From contig OZ374562.1 in NCBI GenBank assembly GCA_977862235.1, positions 682,001-746,000 of the forward strand: DNA of 64,000 nt. The letters are read 5' to 3'. A model generated the notes under the pieces. It had not been told where the DNA came from and ran no database searches. It saw only the letters and a program-made list of their open reading frames with translations. This document shows, in pieces, positions 35,380-49,413 of the stretch (positions within the stretch are counted from its first letter, which is position 1; each line of letters begins with the position of its first letter). The stretch comes from Dudresnaya verticillata. Lineage: Eukaryota. The translations under genes and the position numbers were made by a program.

Positions 35380-38300
35380 ATGAACTGGGAAAGCGAGCAA
35401 GCATTTATGGAAGCAGCCCAGTCCTACGAGGTGAAACGTGCTGGGGAGAGAAGGATGGGTCGGGACATAAATGTCCCGACCATGCCATACCCTGAAATAT
35501 CTTCGGGTGCGGAGATCCACAGCTTCGACTACATCAAGCTTGCAAGAATTGAAGAGAGTCTGCTTTCACTTCACGAAACCTTAGAGGATGAGGAGTCCCC
35601 GAATATTGAGTCGCGGGAGAGGGCCTATAAAACCATTTATCAGAACAGACCTGGTCTAAATGAGCACAAGGGGAAGGGTGGTCGCCCACGAGCACCAAGC
35701 GAACAGAGTAGAAGGGATACAGTTCCCGGGTATATTTCAAGTCTGTTATCATCTTTTTTCGCAAGGTCTGGTGGTACTGAAGGATTAATTTCAAGGATTA
35801 AGGGACATTTGGAGTCTCACGGAGTTTATTCACGCACTGGTGGGGAAGTTACACTTGGAGACTATCTGAAGGCTGTGAAACAGATTCCGTAAAGCGATGG
35901 AAAGTGGTTTTTTGTCCTGCCTCGAACCCGTCTATTCTGCGTATGCACAAGGCTACCTTTTTTGCAAGTGGGGCTGTCTAATACGCTAGCAATGGACCGA
36001 CATTTGGTCAGCTCTTGGATCGGAATTCAGGGAGAGATGTTCTGCACTTGTGTTGGTATTACCCAGTTTCGTATTCACGGTGATGCAGGGTAGGATAATG
36101 AAACTTCATCCATTCACGGGGAAGGTCTACGAAGGGCTATTGTTTCTATCGCAGGGCACATTGGGATACCAGAACTCATTTTTGTTCAGATACGTGCTGC
36201 AGTTCAGGCAGGCTTCACCGATTTGGGTACATTTATGCCCCAGTGTCCAAAGGCAGATACCATATTCAACGGGATGGGATGCCTTCTTACACGTGCAGTG
36301 TCACCCTCACACGCCCATATACACTTCATTCTTGTGCGGATTGTCTCTTCATTTTACGTATGCGCTTTCTGTGATACAACACATACAGGAGGCTGTATGC
36401 ACACAGCCTTACTGCGCACAATTCGGGAAGATATGAAGGAACCAAATGGCCCCGTGCGACGTACAGAGGCGACCGTGCCGTCAGGGACAGCAATGTCCCA
36501 TTGCGTTTCAAGTCTACCACTATCTCCAGTAAATTGCTCTCGTGCAGTACGAGTGGATTTGAAGGTAGCTACAACAGCATTACGAGGGCAAGCTTTCCTG
36601 GTAATAGCACCCGGTTTTTGTAGCTCTTGTGGGAGCCCAAAGAATCCAAAAACCAAATTTGTCATGAAGGGTGTTATTATGTGCACCATTGGACCTTGTC
36701 AAATGCATGTGGAACAATTAGATGGCTCTAATGAGAAGTGTTCGGGGAAGGTTCATTCAGAAGGAAAAGATTATTGCCTATTTTTCCAGTCTCTGGTAAG
36801 TGCGGCTACTCACATCCTTCTCAGAAGGGAACCTACTGGGGTTCTGTTGGGGAACGGGACATTGAACAGTATCTTAAATCATTATCATTCTCAAGCAGAA
36901 AGTGCTGCGAGAAGTGGTGTCCTGCCAGGGGGTGCTCCAAGTCGGTCAATTGAGACACTTCATGTCATGTGTTCTGCAATGGTGAAACTAATGACTAAAA
37001 AGCCTCCTCCCTCCCTATTCACGTGCTCCCAATGTGTAAGCGATGACATTCCCATTCTGTGCATCGATGGAATTCAGCTTGGCTACTTGAAGTCGAAGCA
37101 GGTTTCACTGAAGAATGTGTACGAGAGATGTGATCCGATACCCGCGTCTCGATCCCTCAGGAAAATTCAAACGAAGTGGCCCCTCATAACATTCGTCCGG
37201 AGAGAAACAGTTGTGAAACTGCTTCTAAAAGCGCTACATGGCACAGAAGTGGAATGCAGAGCAGCTACAGTGAAAGATTTTGTGCTGTGTGTACGGTTCG
37301 TGTGTCCAGAGGCCATCCCTTCAAACGTTGTTTGAGTTTCAATTTGTGGTGCAGTTGATGGAAATTTCTCAAGAGACGAAGGTAGGTATAGATACCTCAC
37401 ACCACTTCGAGAGCTGACCCGAGTCGTTTTTCATCACAACTCTCTAGTTTACAGATTGTTAAAACCGTTGGGGACATTTCTGTCCCAGATCACAAATAAG
37501 ACAATGTCTACGTTCTTGAGTTCGGAAAATTGCGAAGAGGTGGTAGCATCGGTCTCGCACAAAATAATGCAGTTGGAATCTCCACCAGAAGGAGAATTGA
37601 ATTCAGCTGGTGTTATTTGGAACTTCTGGTATAATGCAAGTCCGCGATGGATTAGGTCTGGATGCAAGGATGTTTTAAGCTTATACAAGATGTTTCTGCA
37701 GGGATCAGTATGTCAGGTCATCAGGAGGACCGACATCATGTCCGTCCTACGTTTGGGTGCAAGATGTTTAAATGGGACTATCGCCGAGGTACAAGAGCTT
37801 TCGCGAAAGCCAAACATTCTCGCTGAGACTGAGGGTGAAACAAGCATTTTAGCGGCACATAGACTACTACAAGCCGGCTTGGGAATACGTTTTGCAGTGG
37901 AAAGGGATAGCAATGCCATGCAGCACCGACAGGACGGACGGACGATGCGTTCATGGCTGGGTCACGTGTTAGGGGCTTGTTACCGCCTGGTAATGGACTT
38001 TTACACGTACTACGATGCTCCCCTCCGCACAAGTTCTGCGGTTGAATACGCAGCGAAATGGAAGGGTTAGGACAGAACTGTCCTGAAGAATTTATTACGC
38101 CAACATCATTCGGAGATGAAAACCGAATGGAACAGTGAATTGGAGGAGGCTTTCCGGACAGCTCAATAATTCCCAGGGAGGGAACGAGTATGGCCTCTTC
38201 CTTTCAACAAAGATGAGATATCATCTTGAATTGAAGGGCTAGGGCCATGTTCAAAAGACTTCAAACAAAAGCAGAACCATTTCACGCCAGGTGTGATGAC

Positions 38301-38849
38301 CATTTCATGCCGATGTCGAAATCCAATCATGTTTGGTACGAAGGTACTATACCGCATTGAGGGACCAAAACCAAAATAGTTTTGAATATGGTGCTATCCA
38401 GATTTCCAAAGTTTCCAAGGTTACTTGTCTACGACTTCTCAATGTGACTTCTCTCGTGTGGTCTATACAGCAGCGCTATAAACGTTTTATTGTGGGCACT
38501 AGAGGGAACCACAATAGTGAGTGACAAGTTTCATGTCGGCAACCATACAGCTTGCTCGCCGTCCTACAATCCGAAGGTGTACACAGAACTGGATCCTTCA
38601 AACACAGTGTCTCATGAGCAGCGAAACAGTTCAATTCAATTGATTACTAGAACATTACGAAACTGCGGCCATGAACTATACACAGTACTTCTTGCCTACT
38701 ACACTATGATAGGAAATGTGAAGGCAAAAACTCGAGCTTCCGTCAGGTTTCAAAGCAGGGCTAAACTCATATCCGAACATGACCTTGAATGGGGATACTT
38801 CGAGTGTTTAGAAATGCGTTGTTTATGTTGTCCTTCCAACTCGCACTGA
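35380..38849 (+). pseudogene. SWIM-finger + KDZ (Kyakuja-Dileera-Zisupton)-type transposase, disrupted
   Basis: SWIM-like CAFC...GCMH; CSSCG; FTCSQC...LCIDGIQLG; CSKDF...FTPGVMTISCRCRNP; RFPKFPRLLVYDF; DKFHVGNHTACSPSYN...NTVSHEQRNS. Several stops and frameshifts. Confidence 0.78.
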
Positions 38850-38999
38850 AATTGTGTTATGATAACATGCATGTAATAAATGTATTGCTAGTGCTTTTAC
38901 ACAATTGCATGCATCTGTGCGTCTATCGTTCAGTTATCTATATTGAATATTCTTATGAATCGGACCTAAATGTCTTAAATACAACAAAGAGGACAACAC

Positions 39000-40900
39000 G
39001 GGCGCCACAGAAAAGCGATATCGCTTTGCTGTGCGTATGAGCACGAGACAGAAATGTCCTCCACAAATGAAAGCTTTCATTTATGGAGGACATTTTTGTC
39101 CCCTAGGGGTCAATGCACTTTGAATATGGAACCATCCGGACGTAAATGTCTTCCACAAATGAAAAGTGTCAACTGACTGTGGATATGGTGTTATGTGCAT
39201 ATATGAGAATGCGTTTCACCCATATGGGACTCATATGAGTGCCCCTAGGTCTCCTGAAAGTCTTTTCTTCTGTTCACGTCATTTTCGTCCCACTCTGCAA
39301 ATACACGTAGTATGCAATGTATTTCACCAAATGGTATCTGAGAACGGCCGTTCGCCGACCCCCGGGTGAATCTCGATTCATCTGTGTGCAGCCATTTCTG
39401 TCTCACATGTGAGAGACAAATGTCTCTCTTGCCTCGCCAATGGGTGAGGTAAAAGCATTTGTATGTGATGTATCGAAACTTTGTCTAAATATCTACACAT
39501 CAATAAACAACTTCAATTGTTACTAATCTACGTATGCACATGATGCATGCATCATGATGCATCCATTATGTGCCTACATACAACAGTAGCATTATTTCAC
39601 CGACCAAAACAGCCACGCCTGGTTGTGTGTGTTAGTAGAATCGTATGATTTCAAATCATAACAGTAACAATGTTATATATCATAGGTTACTAGTCAACAG
39701 CTGTCCAAGATTCGATGCAAACGTTCATACGTATACGTATATATATATGTGTATACAAACTTTGCATATGCCGCGGAATGGGAAGAAATCTTTAAACTGT
39801 ACGCTCAACCGTCATGAATCATGTATGTGTCAACATCGCCAGACAGACGTCTGTGACGTCTGTGACGTCTGTCTGGCGATGTTACGTACGTACAGATATA
39901 TGTACATCTGGTCATGATATATGATCTGTCTATACATGTATGTATGAAGGTGACGGTGATAATACCATCTTCACATAGATGTTATGGAATGATATGACCT
40001 TTTGAAGTCATGATGCATATGAATGTGCACATTAATTTGCATGCACATCATCACAAAACTAGTTTTGCAACCATGGCCGCGGTTACTGTGCCCACAGTTA
40101 CGAAGGTTCGTACAACTGGCTTGCAGCACCCGGAGGTAGTCGTATTTCATCGCCTGTAAACTATAGTAGAGATGTATACAATTGCGACTTTATTTAACCC
40201 GGCCCATCTTTATATTCCCGCATAAAACTTAAGTTACCAACATCCAACAGAGATTACCCCAAAATACTAGAGTTTAAAATCTTGGATATGTCATATTGGA
40301 GTGACGATATTTTTGTGTCGACGCAACTGAAGGATCCTTCAGACCGGGACATAAATTTCCCAAGGCCCTGGTGGTCGTGGACAATCCAGAGAACCTTCAG
40401 AAACGTTTGATAACATATATATAAGATCGCTCGAGCGAATGAGAAAATCCATATATGCGCATAGGGCAATACTGTCTAGACATGATGATCAATATGCGCT
40501 CACGAAATCAGCATCTATGTGGTTATAACCGGATACATCCGTCCGGATACCAGTCATATGACCGGGTCATTTGAGCCGCACGCGGTGCACCGTGCTACTG
40601 AAATATCATAAACTAATCTTAATGTTAACATGTTAACATGATTAATTAACATGAATCCATAACCTCAGCCATGGTTTCATGGGTTCAACTTGATTTCATG
40701 AGTTCAACCTGCAGGTATACCATAGTAACAAATGATCATTTGTTACCATTTGTTCGGACAAATCCCCAGTTCTAATATAGTGTTGACCGCAAAAGTGTCT
40801 CACTCTTTTATCAGGAATTAATGTACATGTACAACTTTCTCAACGTTGAACTTTCACCACAGTCGCGACTTCTGCAACATGTTCTGCAAAACAATTGCAC
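39000..40900. other. AT-rich non-coding palindrome field
   Basis: Perfect palindromes at 39012-39027, 39065-39082, 39539-39556, 40054-40067, 40622-40639 and 40725-40746, plus a hairpin with 20-bp arms at 39832-39883. Confidence 0.85.
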
Positions 40901-42280
40901 CGCAACCATGTTTGTGACACAGCGGGCAGCCGGAAGATTTATTCTCTAAAAGGTTGGACAAGAATATCTTCGCTCCAGTATGTTATGGCAGTGTTAACAC
41001 AGATAATTCTCTGCACAATACGAGTTGCCCTCCCACACATTCCAACCGTGTACGCATTGAAATGATTCATGAATCCCGAGAATATTCTCGGGCTAAGTGG
41101 TTGCACGGCCGGCCGCATGGGTCCACTCTCAGTTCTCAAATCTTCGTGGCCTCTTCCTCTGTCGCCTTGGGTTGCGACGCGCCTCGCGCGGATCAGCCTG
41201 AACGGCCGGCTCAGAAATCACCGGTTCATGTTCGGCCGCCGCTGCCTGCGCCAAACGTGGCGTACCACTTTCCTCTCCACCCTGAGTATCTGCAGCCGCG
41301 TTAGGCCTGGCAGGAGCTCCACTGGGTCCCACACTTACCGTCTCCGACCCACTCTGATTAACTTGAGATATCTGCTTCGAAGCCACGAGGTCTGCCTGGG
41401 ATATGTGTTCCTTCCACTCCAGATCCAGCTTCTCAACCATGTCCTACAGCACGACTTGAAACTGTGTCTCTCCGCTTGGATGCTTTACTTTCTTGAGGGT
41501 ATCCGCACCATTCTCATCAACGGCCACCTCCAAACTGTCTACTAGCTCTAGAGCTTCTTTAGCTGCCGGAAATGTAGGTGATTTCTTCTCCTTGCACTCC
41601 CGACCGAGAAGGTCCTGGGACATTTCTGTCTCTACAGATGGCTTTGGTGCTTTCGATCCGCATATCCCATCTTTGGTACCAATATCTGCACCAGACAGCG
41701 TGCGCTGTTCCCGGAGAGTCCTCTATTCTTCACAACAACATCTCCATCATCATCACCCGTTAGCGACGCCGTTGACTTCTTCTCTCTGTCTTCGACTGCG
41801 TTCGAACCCGAATCTTTCTCGATCTCCTTCGGAGTTTCAACAGCACCACCGGCTGGGTTCGAAATCCAGTAGCGACATATGAATATATACTGATACCCAT
41901 TCTCACGCCATTTGACATAACAGCTGTGCTAGAAGTCGGTAGCACAGAGACGGCCTGTGCCCCGAGCGGAGTAGCAGCAGCGTCACGAATCGTACCACCA
42001 CCTGGCGGGATGCAGTTGCGCGACTGCGGGAATCGTGACATTATTCCCGCACTTTATTGAGTGCGCGTACCACGGGACATTTCTGTCTGAAGAAATGGTT
42101 TGCCTGCTGTACCAGCATCGACTGCTCAGGAACCACCCCCAGCATCCCTCAGCGCTAGCATGATACTAGCCTTCCCATTCCTACTTCCGACGGCACGCAT
42201 CCCGCGGGATTCAGCATCATCAGGAGTAGAGTCCTCCTTCACAGTTTCAGCAGCATACTTAGAACCTGCTCCTGGGCAAA

Positions 42281-43407
42281 TCACGGGAACAACTGCAGGG
42301 ACGCGCTGTCTGTCCCCAGGGACAGACAACGCCCGAGCGGAGCAGCCACATCATCATGTACCGGAACAGTTCCCGCGCTTCCAGCATTTTGAGTGCGGGA
42401 AATTTCTGTCCCAGGCAGCGGCGCGCCGTGTGTGGCAGCGCGTTCACGGATAGGCTCAGGGGTTTCAAAAACAGTATCCCTTTTTGTAGTAGCCGGAGAT
42501 CCTATTCCAGCCACAGCGGCGATGTGACCGGTGTCAATGTTACCAGCAGCTGCGCTAGCGCCGATTAGTCCCCTTGCAACACGACGACTCTCCGTAGCCC
42601 AGGAGGAACCCACATTTCCGAGCGGCACAACTTGTTGGCCACGCACAAAAAGTTCTGTTCTTTTCCTCAAGACTGTAATATCCTTATGCGTGAAACAGGG
42701 GTTAAAAACCCTCTCCAAGTGCTCCATTACCCACAGGACGTATACGCCACAAGACCCGGAATCGTTTTGGACTGGATATCTATGCAAGTGGGATTCAAAC
42801 ACGGGCCAGTCACCAATGTCACTGTACAAGTCCCCGACTGACGTCTCGAGGTACGTCTTGAAACCCCGAAAGATGTTGGCCAGGAAGTAACTGGATTTGG
42901 AAATTCCAAGGCTGTCGTATGTGAGGAAAATCCGCTCCTTGAAGTTAACAGATAGCAAGCTCCAGTGCTGCGGTGCTCCGACCCCCCGCCAGTCCAAGTT
43001 GATTGGGTACATGAGGACATTAATGTCCTCACGGGCCAGCTGCACTTGCTTATCCAGTTCCAGTTCCTGACGGCATCGTAGTTAAAAGAAGCTCTGTCCC
43101 CTCCCAGAAGCGCATCCATGAAGAAAACAGAGTATACAACAGTCTTCTCCACAACCCCTAAACGTTCGTGCCGTTCCTTGTTCCTGGCGTTAAGTAGGAT
43201 CCCAAAGAGGTCAATGACCTCATCGTTGAGAAAATATTCCTTCCCACGAATACCTTGAAGACTCTGATCATTCACAATCTGGCCATGGGCACTGAAGGGC
43301 ATGCCATTCGCACGAAGAAATCTGCGGTCCTCTCTTGTCAGCAGTTCCACCACACAGTCGTCTTGGTCCTGCTCGACATCTTGTGTAGGCCTACGTTCCC
43401 AGGACAT
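42281..43407 (-). pseudogene. Ulp1/C48 (SUMO-type) cysteine protease, one frameshift
   Basis: FLNDEVID, YSVFFM...FNYDAVRNW, then after a frameshift YPINL...QHWSLL (His), YDSLG (Asp) and QNDSGSCGVYVL (Gln/Cys). Confidence 0.9.
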
Positions 43408-43573
43408 TCCTTCTCAGATGGAGGCATCTCGATTTCAGCAGGCCCGCGTTCTTCCGCAATGGCCTCACTCCGAAGAATGGACACCCACGGATCTCCATAT
43501 GCCTGTTCCTCAGACGTATCCGGCATGATGGTCTAGAATGTTTTCCATACGACGCAGGCCGCTTTGGCGCGGA

Positions 43574-43735
43574 CGGGATGCAGCACGTAGGTGCTGATTT
43601 CACTTCGGCGCGCGCGCGTACGGGATGCAGCTCGCAGGTGCTGAGGTCGCTTCGGCACGCGATCGTGCGGGATGCAGCGCGTAGTTGTTGATGCCGCGTC
43701 CAGGATGCGCTTCGCAGCGCGTAGGCACTGACTAG
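43574..43735. repeat. 47-bp-period degenerate tandem repeat
   Basis: CGGGATGCAGC at 43574, 43621 and 43668, each followed by GTAGGTGCTGA-like sequence. Confidence 0.75.
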
Positions 43736-44133
43736 TACCTCGAAGTTAGCAGCCCTCGCAGCGTCAGTAGCACGTACGTTATCTCTCAAGAAGAGAGCAG
43801 GCAGGTATCGTGGAGGTTGAAGAATGGGCGGAGAGCGCGCCCGTCATGACGAAACAAATGGATACGACTAGCACAGGGAAAGATGGAGTTGGCATCGAAA
43901 ATTTGTGCCATTCGTAGAGACGGGCGTGAAAAACGCCTGTATAAAACAGGCGGCATGTCCGCCAATTGGGCACCTTCGCGCGCGCGCATCGAGCGCGGTC
44001 GCGACTAGGTGCAGCTGTACCCAGCGCGTCGGCTCGACAGCTGCATGCAGCTCAGTGCACTGTCGAGTGTTTATGGACGCCGCAATTTAGATTCGTTACC
44101 GACGACGTATGTGAGGCCGGCCGCAGCGGGCCC

Positions 44134-44290
44134 GCTTATAGCTCGAGACATTTGTGTCCCACTGGACGACCGGCTTTGCGGATCCCATGGGCTACGGAAT
44201 AGATCCCTTCCCGACGACTTATTTGGTGCCCAGCTTACAGCGAGACAATTGTGTCCCACTCGAGGCCCGGCTTTGAGGATTTCATGGGCT
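44134..44290. repeat. ~60-bp direct repeat pair in a divergent intergenic region
   Basis: 44134-44193 matches 44233-44290; each copy contains a GAGACA-N4-TGTCCC motif. Confidence 0.75.
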
Positions 44291-44589
44291 TTGCAAGCGT
44301 CAACTGCTGTGCACGGCAATTGGCGCGCCGGCGTGAACGGCATGGTGTATAAAGGTTATTCGACGTCTACATGTTTACCCGCTGCTCGGTCACCACACAA
44401 CACACCGACGTACCCAACACACCACACCGCCCTGTCCACCACACCAACACACCGCCCACCACCTCCCATCGAAACCAACACACCGTGTCGACACCGCACG
44501 AGTATCGGCCGGCCGACATACCGCCCGCGCAAACCCACCCTCCAACACTCCTCTGTGAGGGACCGCATCGGGATATCGCACGTGCGATA

Positions 44590-47346
44590 ATGAACGCCAA
44601 AGAGGGCGAGAGCGCCCGCCAACACACCAACCAGCCTTCGTACCAAGCATCTAAGTTTCAGAAGTTCTACCCTACAACCTACCGCAGGATGCCCACGTTC
44701 AAGGCGAGCCAGAGTCGTGCTCCACCCCGACACCTTACGGATGCGGAGTTTCTGGAAAACATCATTGACAGGAACCTTTCGTTGACTGGAACGGCCCGTC
44801 AAATAAGGAGTCGCGTTGACCTACGTAACCCGGTCCCAGTCGCAATGAGGCTCATAGAGCATATTCCTGGCTTCGGCTCCTCCTCTCGAGCTATGGACAT
44901 AATCAAAGTGCTTCACATGGGGGAAGTGTGTACCACGAAGGATTTCGGCGACAGCAGCCCCTAATCATTACTGAGCCCGTTTTTTGTCTGGACGGTCAGG
45001 ACATTTATGCCCCGAACCATACGAATCACCGAACGGCATGTGTGAGAGACACTTTGTTTCCCATTGTCCATGTTCGGGTGATTACTGAAGAGGAGTTTCG
45101 TGTTCTGTATCGGGCCGTAAAGAAGGAAGAATTGGGTACTGAAGGTTCAACAGGAGCTGTCACCCGCGAGACGATTATGAAGCGAGTGAAGATTGCTCTC
45201 AAAGTTCTTCTTCTGATGAGTAATACTCAGGTTAGAGTCGTCGACCGAGTTTACGTGGTTACAACAAGTAGCACTCGTCCGTACGTTTGTCCAGACCGAC
45301 TCCAGTGTCAAACGTAATGTGGGACGGAATCAGCCCAAGTACGGAGGGGCAGAAACACTGAAGAAACGTCTTCAAGGCTCAGAAGATTTCGTGGGAGGCA
45401 CGCAGCACTTCTTTCAGGATCAGAAGTGTGCCTGCCATAATATCCGCACAGTGGCCGGAGCATATTATCTCATTGAGACAGAAATGTCCCAACCGTTACC
45501 TGAACTTGGGGATCGGACTTCCATCCTAGACGCTCTCATGTTCTGGGAGCAGTGTAGCAAAATGCCGCCGTTTACGAGTACGATGCTTACAATAGCAGGA
45601 CAAGTACATACCTCGCACTTGAAGTTCATAGTACAGCAGTGTGCTATTGGTCTCGAGAACAAGACAGGAATGGAGTCTAACGGTGCCCTTTTGGATCCTA
45701 TTCTATCCTCCGCTGCCAAAACCGCGTCAGATGGAGACTACTTAGATGCCTAGTACATGCGAAAGCATTCCTCTGGCCCAGGAGATCCGCGTCAAGGACT
45801 AGAAGTGAAAATGAATCCTCGAAGACGGAAAGGAATCGTATCATACAATGAAGGGCAGTCCTTGCCTGCAGTTTATCGAAAGAGGAAGACGGCGGCAAAG
45901 AAAGCAGCATTAACCCGGAAAAGTAAGGTTACAGCAACGGAGTCGGGTTCAGGGTACAGCGATGGAGAAGTGAATGAAAAGGAAGGAGAAAGGGAAGAAG
46001 ACTCAGACGTTCACGTGCCTATTTCAACCACTAGTGCTGGTAACATTTCGCCTGGAACAGGAGGTAATAGGACATCGATTGGAAAAAGCAAGGAAGGGGT
46101 TGCAGATGAGTCTGATGATGAATCCGATAAGCAGCCCTTGAACAACCTTGGGGAGTTCGACCTCACCATTCCTGACGCCCTTGAACAGATTCCGGCTGTA
46201 ACCCGAGAAGAGCTGAAGAGTTCATATATCAAGACGGAAGATGGTGGAAGAGTTGAAGAAGAAAACAAAAGGGATGACCTGGCTCGGGACAGAATGTCCC
46301 AGTCGGCTCAGGGAAAAATCAGGACAGAAATGTCCAAGATTTCTCAGACACAGTTCTACCCGCAGGTGATTTCGTGAATGCCAATCCAGGCACCAAAATT
46401 CAGGCCCAGGACATAAATGCCCCGACGACTGCCGATAGAACCGCTCCTGGTACAATAACTGAAGCAGCATCTGATCCACGGGATGAAATTATCGCAAAGC
46501 TTCGGAAAGAGTTGGATGATCTACTGATCGTTCTTAGGTTACTTCCGCTGCGCCGGCGACAACAGTAATTCCTGAGAATGTAATCAATCAAAAAGTGCAG
46601 GAGAAGTTGGATATTATCCTCAGACAGATGCACGGGAACACGGCGATGGATCGCATCCGAGCAGCAGAAGCAGAGAAGCTTAAATTGCATGAAGAGCTTG
46701 AGAATGTAAAGCAAGAATTGCAGGCTCTGGAGTCTCAGGCACAAAGCTCTAGTGGGAGGGCAAGAAACCTTTCGCTTGAAGTGATGACAAGGGAGGAGCT
46801 TATAAAGTTGCAGAGGGAAATGGCTGAGAAGCTGAGTTGATGTCAGTACATAAAATCTTTCTTTGAAATGTACTTACACTGTAGTGCTGTAGCAACCTCA
46901 TTCAACAACAATTGTAAAGCGATCATCCCAATAGTGGCTGAGAAATTTGTGTCCCACCGCGCGCAGCTGCGCACTAGCGCGGCAGCGCGGTACATCATCG
47001 CGGACTGTGTTGCGCTTCCCACAGAGAGTTTTGATAGGTCCTTGGTTAAACGTTTTGGAGACCCCATTGAAAGTAAAGGAGACGGTCTGTTACCAGTTTT
47101 GACCCCCGTTCCCCTGGCGATGTCAGGGAAGACAACTTTTCTGTCTTTCTTTTGAAATGGTGCCGACGCCTTCCCATAGAACGAACAGCATATACGGCTC
47201 CGTACCGTTCGCAACTGGAAAAGGCGATGAATGCCATCCGTACCAGACCGCGTTCGGCTAAAACAACAGTTACTCGCTCTGAACAGAAACCTTTGCGACG
47301 CGATGCCACATTCTCCATAGTACCCGCTTTATTGTGGTTAATATGA
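44590..47346 (+). pseudogene. Long disrupted gene of unknown function; possible ParB/Srx-like N-terminal domain, acidic linker, coiled coil
   Basis: Chain of + ORFs; EGFRRQQPLIIT...CLDG..NHRTAC...VHVRV; heptad-like EKLKLHEELENVKQELQALE. Confidence 0.45.
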
Positions 47347-47727
47347 CAGAACAGAGCGCCGGGTCGCCACAGCAAACGACTGCGTCCCACGAAGCCCCAG
47401 CTCGACCAACTTTACTGGCACTACAACCACAACAGGCCATTTCACAGCACGCTCTACTATCCCGGCCAGCACTACTGTCCCCAAAGAGACCGACAGCGCG
47501 AGCCCATCCCAGTCCCAACCACCGGAACCTCCAGTACACTTCGCCAGTTACCTTAGCATCCCCATCACAGCCCTCCCCGCTATACGGCCATCATCATAGA
47601 TAACACGGGCATCGACACTGCAACGAAACAACTGAGATCTCCCCGCAGTCCTCGCCGAGAGTGCCAACAACGGCAACGCGCATCGGCGTATATCAGAAAC
47701 GTTCGCGAGATGAAAGCCCAGAAGTCT

Positions 47728-49116
47728 TTAAAGTTTCTCCATACAGAACGCTTCGTCTTCAGAAAGCAGCCGCGCAACCACAAGGCCAGCAAAACAAATG
47801 TCAGTTGCTTCTGTGTCGCTAGCGGTTCCCAACTCACCCTCACTTATGTTCCCACGATTTAACGCAATCTTGAGATCCTTGCTCAAGCGCAGGACGTCCT
47901 TGGACCACTGCGGAGCATGGGAAGACTTGACCCCTATCATTTTCCCGTCTGCTATCTTCTGCAAGTCCACCGTGATCTTGAGGCGGATCAATGAGAATGC
48001 GAAAATGCTGATTCTGTACTATCCCGGGCGTCTTGCTCTGGCGGAATCTCTGGAAGCACCGCCTCCCTGTTATACTGGAGGAGATTGGAGCGGTAGAACT
48101 CCGCAAATGAACGTGCCTCGGCTTGTGCTCTGTCCCACGTCCCTTTCCAGCAGACAACATACTCTTCCGCAATCTTGAACGAACCTGTTGAAAACAACTG
48201 CCTCGCAAGTTCCATATCCGGGCTGCAGGGCTCATCACTCTCACCTGATTATTCCCCATCGCTTCGCATCTGTGTAGATCTCTCGGCAACGGACTGCCTT
48301 CGTTCAGCATTAATGGTTCTCCTTTGTGCAGTTTGTCGCCCGTCATCTCGGGCGCGATAGAGCAGATGAGCATTCGGTAGCGCGGGATAAAATGTCTTGA
48401 CATGTTCGCAAGCAAAACAATGAAGGCAAGTCATCACGTTTAGTACTTGCCACGTTGCAGAGACCCTCAAATTCAGAAGGCACAACTTACAAACTGGGTC
48501 CTGACAGCTTCGATTGCTCTGCCTTGAGACTGTGCAATCTCCGAAAACAACCTAATCGGTTTGTTGCTCCTACTCACTTTATCCAAAGTGACCTTCTTTC
48601 TCAAAAACGTTTTCGCCTCGCTGGCCGTACATGGTGTTCCGTTCTGTTGTAAAGCGAATGTTGCAGCCTCCAGAACGATGGCGGGAGGAGCTAAAGAAGA
48701 TCCGCTTGTCGCTTCGAAGAGCCGCATCCCCTTTCCGTGTCCACAATCTCAAGGTTAGTGTAGAACGTGATGTAGTCGACTGCAGCCTTCAGGTGTTCGT
48801 GAATGCTGGGAGTGTTCGGCTTTGTCGGCTTAGCACCGAGCCCTACAGACGGGAGGAGAGCGAGTTGATTGTCGATTGACTTCAGTGTGTTCATTATATC
48901 CTCATGGCGGGAGGTCTGACGCTCCTCGGCCGCCTCAAGTTCTCTTTTGCGCGATCTCTGTAACTGCTCCCACTTCACTTCAGCATGCATCCATAGCTCC
49001 TCTTTCCATTCCGAAAAGCGGCGCAGAACGCCGTCTAAAGCGCTGTTAACGCCTGTGACGACGTCCCTTCCCCCGTTCAGCACGGCATCCTTGACCTGAT
49101 GCATGGCTAGAATCAA
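47728..49116 (-). pseudogene. Disrupted unknown gene (helical/coiled-coil)
   Basis: Chain of minus-strand ORFs at 48691-49116, 48473-48727, 48249-48485, 47988-48215 and 47728-47991. Confidence 0.4.
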
Positions 49117-49413
49117 TGTTTCAGTCCTGTTACGGTTTGCAGGCGGACGCTTGGTGCTTTTCTAAATTGTGGGCGCCTGGCTAAGGTCACGCGAACCAGA
49201 TGCCTCACTTCCACGGCTCATGCTGCCAGATGAAGAGAAGTGCCGCGGCACTTCAAGCGCTTGTGAACCTCGGGGTTCAGAAAGCGGTCAAGTGAAAGAG
49301 ATCCCTGGCTTTTGCACATCTGTGAGACACTGTCGTGAAGGTGGCTGAATACAAGCGAGCAACTCGCTTGAAGGTCACTTTGTAAACAAAGTTTTGTTAA
49401 CGCCCATGCCCGG

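Noticed and set aside
37460..37488. Idea that hairpin motifs mark tiny introns
   Set aside because: Most copies lack consistent GT...AG boundaries and read through in frame.
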